Shown here one piece after another: positions 1-5,975 of a DNA stretch of 12,552 bases. Within the stretch, counting starts at the first letter, position 1. Each line of letters opens with the position of its first letter. Where the stretch lies: contig JAEOSI010000041.1 in the NCBI GenBank assembly GCA_016840425.1, positions 1 to 12,552 on the forward strand, given 5' to 3'. Source of the DNA: Candidatus Wukongarchaeum yapensis (GTDB lineage: Archaea; Asgardarchaeota; Wukongarchaeia; Wukongarchaeales; Wukongarchaeaceae). The notes beneath the pieces were generated by a model that searched no databases, was not told where the DNA came from, and saw only the letters and a list, made by a program, of their open reading frames with translations. A program made the position numbers and the translations under genes.

Positions 1-71
1 CCACTTTTTGGCTTCACAAAAACATTAAGAACAACACCATTACCCGAACCATCACTAACAATAATATCCAC
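1..71 (-). CDS. 5' part of a probable DUF167/UPF0235 (YggU-like) protein, running off the left edge
   Basis: The minus strand from GTG at 71 reads MDIIVSDGSGNGVVLNVFVKPKSG with no stop. GVVLNVFVKP resembles the DUF167 N-terminal strand (GvxLxVxVKP). GGTG lies 6 nt upstream and TATAAAT at 107-101. An alternative GTG start is at 80. Only 24 codons are visible. Confidence 0.5.
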   Translation of the reverse strand, partial: MDIIVSDGSGNGVVLNVFVKPKS

Positions 72-100
72 AATTAACACCAAAAAAATACAAAAAGAAA

Positions 101-139
101 ATTTATACGATTGAAAGGTTTAAACAGTAAGCTTAAATA
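101..139. promoter_or_regulatory. Divergent archaeal TATA boxes: TATAAAT (minus, 107-101) and CTTAAATA (plus, 132-139)
   Basis: TATA-like boxes lie 30-60 nt upstream of two divergent start codons (71 minus, 196 plus). Confidence 0.45.
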
Positions 140-147
140 TTTTTCAC

Positions 148-160
148 TGTAAGGGTTACA
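148..160. promoter_or_regulatory. Candidate operator TGTAA-GGG-TTACA
   Basis: Perfect 5-N3-5 palindrome between the plus-strand TATA box and the TrmB start codon. Confidence 0.35.
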
Positions 161-195
161 AAATACACCATGAAGATAGTATATAGTGAGAAATT

Positions 196-963
196 ATGGC
201 ATTAAAAGAGGTATTAGATGTACTAGCGCGTCTTGGACTATCAGAGTATGAATCAAAAGCTTATGTTGCTCTTTTAAGAAAAGATGGAGCAACAGCAAGC
301 GAGATAGCTAATGAATCAAAAGTGCCAAGAACACGGATATATGACGTGTTAAACTCGTTAATTGAGAAGGAGTTTATAGATCCTGAGAAAAGTAGGCCAA
401 TTAAGTTTTATGCTAGGCCTGTTGAGGAGACTATTTTACGCTTAAAAAAGCAGTTGGATAGCGAAATCGATGTGGCAATAGATGAAGTGCGGAAACTTCA
501 GAAAGATGTTGAACAAGAGCGTATGATAATGTTTATGATCAGAAATGAAGAAAGCCTTAACAATTATATAAAACGTTATATAGAGGAGGCAGAGCAGACA
601 ATTAATATATCCCTTGATTCCATTGATGATCTTCTCAACCTCTGTAATTTACTTCTAAAAGTAGTGAAACCGCCAAAATCTGTAAAAGTATGCATTGACA
701 TTTACACTGACATAAATCAGTTAAAGAATGAGGATGAAAAATTAAATAAACTTAAACCTTTGCTTAACCGCTTTGATGTAAAATTACTTCCATTACCTTA
801 TATGTTTAGTACTATCCTCATTGATTATAAAAAGATCATAGTGTATCTTCAGGAGAACAAGCAGGGATTTTTAATGAGTATAGGTAGTTCTATGAGGGAA
901 ATGCTTGAGCCTGCTGTATCAGATTATAGGGCGAGATTACCAAGTTTACGTGATTATCTATGA
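196..963 (+). CDS. TrmB-family transcriptional regulator (N-terminal winged HTH, C-terminal effector-binding domain)
   Basis: The TrmB signature LGLSEYESKAYVALL...ATASEIANESKVPRTRIYDVLNSLIEKEFI is followed by a coiled helix and an alpha/beta C-terminal domain (YIEEAEQTINISL, TILIDYKKIIV). Confidence 0.92.
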   Translation: MALKEVLDVLARLGLSEYESKAYVALLRKDGATASEIANESKVPRTRIYDVLNSLIEKEFIDPEKSRPIKFYARPVEETILRLKKQLDSEIDVAIDEVRKLQKDVEQERMIMFMIRNEESLNNYIKRYIEEAEQTINISLDSIDDLLNLCNLLLKVVKPPKSVKVCIDIYTDINQLKNEDEKLNKLKPLLNRFDVKLLPLPYMFSTILIDYKKIIVYLQENKQGFLMSIGSSMREMLEPAVSDYRARLPSLRDYL

Positions 964-971
964 AAAATGAT

Positions 972-1012
972 TGTTTTTTGTTTAAACGTTTTATTTTTTC
1001 TTTGGGTTTTTT
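972..1012 (+). terminator. Oligo(T)-rich tract after TrmB, a possible archaeal intrinsic terminator
   Basis: Several T5-T6 runs lie between the TGA stop at 963 and the GAGGTGA RBS at 1013-1019. Confidence 0.35.
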
Positions 1013-1026
1013 GAGGTGAGGTACTT

Positions 1027-1455
1027 ATGGGAGTATTGCTATTCATAAGAAAAACAGGTAAAATGAGACTAATTGATGATAAAGGCATAGTTCGTGGGGA
1101 GTGGGAAGCAAGGAATAATACGGTGGAAGGGCGGGAACCTGTACCCTTAGGCGTTCATAAAATAAATACACGCCCAGGGGATGTGGTTTACTATGATGAG
1201 CAAAACTCAAAGTATGAGAGCCAAGGGCCCCTTTTCATCGCTATAGGCGATTACGAGAAGATGGATGAGGATGCTAAGCGGAGGTCAGGTATTCACGGTC
1301 ATGGGAGAAAACCAAGCATTGAGCACCTTACAAAGGGGTGTATTCGGATGTGGAATGAGGAGGTCTTGGAGATGTTTGAAAAGATTCAAGAGCTTAGAAA
1401 AGAAGAAGAGAATGTGGAAGAATTTGTAATAATATTAGAAGAGGAGGGAAAATAG
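1027..1455 (+). CDS. YkuD/L,D-transpeptidase-like (Tlde1/DUF2778-like) Cys-His enzyme without a signal peptide
   Basis: RSGIHGHG...LTKGCIRMWNEEV matches the HG-x(n)-[ST]xGC[IV]R motif (H92, C105). EPVPLGVHKI resembles the GPIPxGxYxI motif and SQGPLFI resembles the GPxFI strand. A strong RBS GAGGTGA lies at 1013-1019. Confidence 0.72.
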   Translation: MGVLLFIRKTGKMRLIDDKGIVRGEWEARNNTVEGREPVPLGVHKINTRPGDVVYYDEQNSKYESQGPLFIAIGDYEKMDEDAKRRSGIHGHGRKPSIEHLTKGCIRMWNEEVLEMFEKIQELRKEEENVEEFVIILEEEGK

Positions 1456-1519
1456 GACACTAATGAGAGGTTTTTGATTGGGAACAAAAATTCGGGGTTT
1501 GATGGGGGGGGTTCATGAG

Positions 1520-2044
1520 ATGGTAGATGAAGTAAACGATAAAGCAGGGGATATTGGAAGGGTGTTAAAGGACAGGGAGGCATGGCTTCGGGGAGAGGCG
1601 GTTGAAAAACTAAGAAAAGCTCCTGAAGAGGAGATTGAATTCTTCATAGAAAAGCTTATTGATATGCTAAGTGAGGATAGGGATCGGTGGATTAGGGAGG
1701 AGATATTTGAAGCTCTTTGGATCGCTATTGAAAGGGGTATGAAGGTTCCTTTTGAGAAGATCGTTGAGAAGCTTGAGGATCCTGATTGGAGGCTTAGAGA
1801 GATAGTCGTTAGATTATTAGAGGCTGCCTTAGAAAAGGGTATAGAGGTCCCAATTAAACTTATTTTAGAAAAACTCGATCATGACGATTGGAGGTTTAGA
1901 AAAGACGCTTTAAGAGTTCTTAAAAAAGCCGTTGAGAAGGGTAGAAATGTTCCCTTAAAAAAGGTTCAAGAAATGGTTTCAGATGAAGAGGAAGTTGTCA
2001 GGTTAGAAGCTGCGAAAATCCTTGACGAATCAGGAATAAAATAG
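1520..2044 (+). CDS. HEAT/ARM-like repeat protein with about five 34-aa repeats
   Basis: Repeats of the form LxDxDWxxRxxxxxxLxxAxEKGxxVP. The start is uncertain (TTG 1478, ATG 1502 or ATG 1520); ATG 1520 follows the G-rich tract at a normal RBS distance. Confidence 0.8.
   Translation: MVDEVNDKAGDIGRVLKDREAWLRGEAVEKLRKAPEEEIEFFIEKLIDMLSEDRDRWIREEIFEALWIAIERGMKVPFEKIVEKLEDPDWRLREIVVRLLEAALEKGIEVPIKLILEKLDHDDWRFRKDALRVLKKAVEKGRNVPLKKVQEMVSDEEEVVRLEAAKILDESGIK
1730..1954 (+). repeat. Degenerate 102-nt tandem coding repeat inside the HEAT gene
   Basis: gaaaggggtatgaaggttcct (1730), gaaaagggtatagaggtccca (1832) and gagaagggtagaaatgttccc (1934) are spaced exactly 102 nt apart. Confidence 0.7.
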
Positions 2045-2115
2045 GACGAATATTTATTGAAGTTTTTAAGCGAATCTATTTTAAATTCATTATCTTGTTT
2101 TTGAGGTGATATGTT

Positions 2116-3528
2116 TTGAAGGTGGAAAAAGTGAGGTATGAGGTTGAATGGACTGAAAAAGAAACAGAAAAGAGAGAGGAAAAAAGGAAACATAAGGTTA
2201 TTATTATGGGGGCTGCGGGTAGGGATTTTCACAATTTTAACGTCTATTTTAGGGATAATGATAAGGTTGAAGTTGTGGCTTTCACAGCGACTCAGATTCC
2301 TGGTATCTCCAAGAGGGTTTATCCTACAGAGCTTGCTGGGCTTAACTATCCTGCTGGTATCTCGATTTATCCTGAGGAAGAGTTGCCCAACTTGATCCGT
2401 GGGTTTGATGTGGATGAAGTGGTTTTTGCTTATTCTGATGTTTCCCAAGAGTATGTGATGCATAAGGCTTCGATAGTTTTAGCAACTGGAGCGGATTTCC
2501 GCCTTATGGGACCGAAAAGCACTATGCTTAAAGCGAAGGTTCCCGTGATATCTGTTTGTGCTGTCCGTACGGGGGCTGGGAAGAGTCCTACTTCTAGGGC
2601 TATTTCAAGAATCCTTTCAGAAAAAGGTTTGTGCGTTGTGATTGTGAGGCATCCTATGCCTTATGGAGATTTGAGCAGACAGGCTTGTCAGAGATTCTCC
2701 TCTTATGAAGACTTGCATAAACAGGAGGCGACAATTGAGGAGAGGGAGGAGTATGAACCGTATATTGAGATGGGATTTACGGTTTATGCGGGCGTAGATT
2801 ATAAACAGATTCTTTTAGAGGCTGAAAAGGAGGGAGATGTGATTTTGTGGGATGGAGGTAATAATGATTTTCCTTTTTATAAACCAGATCTTCATATTGT
2901 GGTTGTTGATCCTTTAAGGCCAGGACATGAGCTGAGGTATCATCCAGGAGAGACTAATGTTAGGATGGCTGATGTGATAATAATTAATAAAGTGGACTCA
3001 GCGGATGAATCTGCAATAAAAACTGTTGAGAGGAATGTCAAATCCCTCAATCCTGATGCCTTGATTGTAAAAACGATTTCGAAGATAGAGATTGAGGGGG
3101 ATGGCAGTATTATAAAGGGTAAGAAGGCTTTGGTTGTGGAGGATGGTCCTACTCTCACTCATGGTGGTATGCCTTATGGAGCGGGAACTCTTGTTGCGAA
3201 ATGTTATGAAGCAGGAGAACTCATTGATCCTCGAGAGTTTGCTGTAGGATCAATTAAGGAAGTTTATAATGTTTATAAACACTTGGGCCCTGTTCTTCCA
3301 GCGATGGGTTATAGTCTAGAACAAATCGAAGAACTTAACGAAACTATAAAAGCTTCAGGGGCAGATGTAGTAGTAGTGGGAACCCCTATAGACTTACGAA
3401 AAGTAGCCGATATAAAAAAGCCTACAGTTAGGGCGAAATATTCCATAGAAGAGACAGGAAAACCGACTTTAGAAGAAATTATTTTCCAATTTTTAGAAGT
3501 TAAAATGAAAAAATCCGGTAAAGAATAA
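2116..3528 (+). CDS. arcE: P-loop ligase of the cyclic 2,3-diphosphoglycerate synthetase-like family (often annotated 'GTPase'); most likely arginine synthetase ArcE subtype
   Basis: N-terminal MGAAGRDFHNFN and VAFTATQIP, P-loop RTGAGKS, RHPMPYG, TIEEREEYEP, WDGGNND, NKVD and VEDGPTLTHGGM. The DGEHY motif of authentic methanogen CpgS is absent. TTG start lies 6 nt after GAGGTGA (2103-2109). Family assignment is high confidence; the subtype is recalled from literature, not computed. Confidence 0.75.
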   Translation: MKVEKVRYEVEWTEKETEKREEKRKHKVIIMGAAGRDFHNFNVYFRDNDKVEVVAFTATQIPGISKRVYPTELAGLNYPAGISIYPEEELPNLIRGFDVDEVVFAYSDVSQEYVMHKASIVLATGADFRLMGPKSTMLKAKVPVISVCAVRTGAGKSPTSRAISRILSEKGLCVVIVRHPMPYGDLSRQACQRFSSYEDLHKQEATIEEREEYEPYIEMGFTVYAGVDYKQILLEAEKEGDVILWDGGNNDFPFYKPDLHIVVVDPLRPGHELRYHPGETNVRMADVIIINKVDSADESAIKTVERNVKSLNPDALIVKTISKIEIEGDGSIIKGKKALVVEDGPTLTHGGMPYGAGTLVAKCYEAGELIDPREFAVGSIKEVYNVYKHLGPVLPAMGYSLEQIEELNETIKASGADVVVVGTPIDLRKVADIKKPTVRAKYSIEETGKPTLEEIIFQFLEVKMKKSGKE

Positions 3529-3561
3529 GATAAAAACACATCATGAAGGGTAAACAAACTC

Positions 3562-3569
3562 TTTTTTTT
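3562..3569 (+). terminator. T8 tract after the arcE-like gene, overlapping the convergent stop codon
   Basis: T8 lies 34 nt after the TAA stop, at the junction of convergent genes. Confidence 0.4.
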
Positions 3570-3822
3570 ACGTGTAGTATATTCTACTATATTCAGGGAC
3601 TTCTTCATCCTCTTTGCTTAATAGCCTCCCCTGTTCAAAGACTACTTCTATTTTTTTAGGCATATCATGTTTTTTTTCTAAGTGTAATAACCAGCATTTG
3701 TTGTAGATATCACCGTGTACTACTGCGCCATCTTTTTCGCAGATAAAGGCTATCTCGTTTTCAAAGAAAGGTTGACCGCATGCGTCACATATTTCAGGCT
3801 TTTTTAATTTTTCTTTTTTCAA
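3568..3822 (-). CDS. Small zinc-finger protein (B-box/C1/RING-like cross-brace ligand pattern)
   Basis: C12-x2-C15-x12-C28-x2-D31-x4-H36-x6-C43-x3-H47-x4-H52. TTG start with GAGG 6 nt upstream; co-oriented with the roadblock gene. Confidence 0.7.
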   Translation of the reverse strand: MKKEKLKKPEICDACGQPFFENEIAFICEKDGAVVHGDIYNKCWLLHLEKKHDMPKKIEVVFEQGRLLSKEDEEVPEYSRIYYT

Positions 3823-3933
3823 AGGAATCCTCTTTACTTTTTTAATATAATCTTTTTTTACGAGATAAAAAAAGTTTGCGAATTTTTGAGGAATATCTTA
3901 TTTTCTCTCCCTTTCTTTGTTTTTTTCTATTTT

Positions 3934-4326
3934 TTATATGTGTTCTAAGATTTCTTCGCCTAGTTTTTTCATTGATAAGAGTATGAATCCTAAGTTTGCT
4001 TTTTTTGTTGTAAGTGCTAAAAAGATTGCTTTCTCTTCTATGCTTGTTAGGATGAGGTAGCCTTGTTCTCCTGCTAGTAAAACATGTTGTAGGGTTCCTC
4101 TTTTTAGTTCATTGACTGCTCTTTCTCCCACGCTTAAGAGGGCTGCGCTCATAGCACCCATAATAACGTCAGAAGTTGTAGAGTATTTGCCTTTAAACTT
4201 TGAAACAATTGGCAATCCTTCAGGAGTGATTAAGGCAGAAGCTTGAACTCCGCGTGTTATCCTTTGCAATGTAGCAAGCATTCCAATTAAAATAGTTTTT
4301 TCTGTTCCTTCTATTTTTGAAGACAA
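3934..4326 (-). CDS. Roadblock/LC7 (MglB-like) domain protein
   Basis: GVQASALITPEGLPIVS, MGAMSAALLSVGERAVNELKRGTLQHVLLAGEQGYLIL and ANLGFILLSMKK are typical roadblock motifs. TTG start with a GGGGG RBS. Confidence 0.92.
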   Translation of the reverse strand: MSSKIEGTEKTILIGMLATLQRITRGVQASALITPEGLPIVSKFKGKYSTTSDVIMGAMSAALLSVGERAVNELKRGTLQHVLLAGEQGYLILTSIEEKAIFLALTTKKANLGFILLSMKKLGEEILEHI

Positions 4327-4458
4327 GAAAAGAAACCCCCATCGATCTTATGGTAAAAATAGGCGTAATATTTTTCCCTATTTGTTTTTTCAGAGGATTT
4401 CAATCGCCTCATTATCTAAATATTTGTTTTTGTCTTTAATATTTTTAATGGCGGGGGT

Positions 4459-5211
4459 TTAAGTTTCCTTTATGGCTGAAATAATTTTTTTCAAGCTTTT
4501 TCCGCCATCATTGAGGACTGTTTTTTCGATAAAAGTACCTTGAACGATCAATTTAGCTCCTGCCTTGATAACATCTTTTGCATGTTCTGGCGTATTTATC
4601 CCGCCTCCCACCACCACGGGAATATCGATATTTTGAGAAACCGTTTTGACAACTTCGATTGGAACAGCTTTCTCAGCCCCAGAACCCGCCTCTAAATAGA
4701 CAAGCTTAAAGCCCAAGTATTGAGCAGCCAAAGCATAGCTTAAAACGACTCCAGGCTTGTTTCGAGGCAGGAGATTCACATCCCCCACAAAAGACACAGT
4801 AGCCCCAGGTTCCAATATGAGATAAGCCATGGGTATGGGTTCAAGATTCCATTGTTTAATAAAAGGAGCACTCAAAGCTTGGGCTCCTGAGACCCAATAT
4901 ACATTTCTACTGTTTAAAAGGCTCATAAAAAATACAGCATCAGCATACTTTGAGAGTCCGCTAACGTTTCCTGGAAATAGTATCACGGGGACATCTACTT
5001 TACTTTTGATCTTTTGAATTGTCTCGTCAAGGATGCCAAAAGCTGTACTGCCACCAACCATTATAGCGTTAGACCCTGAAGCAATGGAGATTTCAGCGAT
5101 TTTAGAAGCTTTTTCTGGGGGTGTTTTCATAATATCTGGATCTATTAGTGTGAGGTGTACTACACCTTCTTTGGAAAAGATTTCGTTTAAATAGTTCCAA
5201 ACTTTGCCCAT
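4459..5211 (-). CDS. pcrB: Geranylgeranylglyceryl phosphate synthase (group II GGGPS, PcrB family)
   Basis: HLTLIDPD, IMVGGS, ILFPG, DAVFFMSLLNSRN, YLEAGSGA and VVGGGI motifs; 250-aa TIM barrel; GAGG RBS upstream. Confidence 0.95.
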   Translation of the reverse strand: MGKVWNYLNEIFSKEGVVHLTLIDPDIMKTPPEKASKIAEISIASGSNAIMVGGSTAFGILDETIQKIKSKVDVPVILFPGNVSGLSKYADAVFFMSLLNSRNVYWVSGAQALSAPFIKQWNLEPIPMAYLILEPGATVSFVGDVNLLPRNKPGVVLSYALAAQYLGFKLVYLEAGSGAEKAVPIEVVKTVSQNIDIPVVVGGGINTPEHAKDVIKAGAKLIVQGTFIEKTVLNDGGKSLKKIISAIKET

Positions 5212-5243
5212 GGGTAACTTCCTCTAAAAATCTTAGAGACAGT

Positions 5244-5255
5244 TTTTTATAAAAA
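5244..5255 (-). promoter_or_regulatory. TATA box for GGGPS (TTTTTATAAAAA)
   Basis: Palindromic TATA box about 35 nt upstream of the GGGPS start codon. Confidence 0.45.
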
Positions 5256-5499
5256 TTGCTGTATTAAGATAAAGATTATGATTTTTTTGTATGCTTTTCT
5301 CTTCACCCTCTCGCCTAAATTTGAGTCTTTAAAATCCTCAAGGATTCATCTTGATAACCCCATTATAACTCCATCAAAAATAGATATATAATATTAAGAT
5401 TAAAGAAAAGATAGAAGTGTTTTAAAAAGATGAAATTAGAATACAAGATTTTTATGAACATTTTTTGCCACATTAAGCATTTTCTTAAGGTGATATGAG

Positions 5500-5931
5500 A
5501 TGGTTAATGCTGGATTGGTTGGGATTACTGCTATAATAACTTTTAGCATCGTTTTCATCTTATTTTATTGGAAAGAGCAGGCTGCTAAAAAGCCGGATAA
5601 ACCTACTCATTCTATGAAGATTAGTGAAGCCATCAGGAAAATTCAGCAACTTGGGCGTACTGGTGAGTTTAAGGAGGGCATGATTCTAATTTATAAGACG
5701 CTTGAAGGTATTGCTGCTCAGTTCTTGGGAATAAGAAGAAAACCAAGTCAAACGCCTCGAGATTTTGTTAATCAACTTTCTTCTTCTGGGAAAGTTAACG
5801 CTATGCAAGCGCTTTCGATAGTTTCATCCTTTGAGCGAGCGTTTTATGGGGATAAACTGGTTTCACAAGAGGAGTTTCAACAAGCAGTTTCTGCCCTAGA
5901 AGAAACGTATCAGAGCGCACTAAGAGCATAA
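5500..5931 (+). CDS. Membrane-anchored DUF4129-domain protein
   Basis: One N-terminal TM helix (LVGITAIITFSIVFILFYW), then KPSQTPRDF...FERAFYG, typical of DUF4129. RBS AAGGTGA upstream. Confidence 0.85.
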   Translation: MVNAGLVGITAIITFSIVFILFYWKEQAAKKPDKPTHSMKISEAIRKIQQLGRTGEFKEGMILIYKTLEGIAAQFLGIRRKPSQTPRDFVNQLSSSGKVNAMQALSIVSSFERAFYGDKLVSQEEFQQAVSALEETYQSALRA

Positions 5932-5975
5932 AAACAAAAACAATAAGATAATTAAGGTTTTTTTTAAAAAAAAGG

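Noticed and set aside
2103-2155. Minigene ATG-TTT-TGA (2111) and a possible +1 frameshift at ATG-G-ACT-GAA (2148) that would give an MTEK start
   Set aside because: TTG 2116 is in frame at the proper distance from GAGGTGA, so no frameshift is needed; ATG 2111 is too close to the RBS.
2116-4326. Roadblock plus 'GTPase' as an MglAB/Rag-like module
   Set aside because: The P-loop protein is a 470-aa cDPGS/ArcE-family ligase on the opposite strand, not a small Ras-like GTPase.
4357-4383. AAATAGG-N13-CCTATTT inverted repeat upstream of roadblock
   Set aside because: A 7-bp AT-rich arm with a long spacer is likely chance; there is no second copy.
5430-5498. 22-codon upstream ORF ending 1 nt before DUF4129, and a 34-codon ORF at 8999-9103
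   Set aside because: No clear RBS or motif, and the lengths are within chance expectation.
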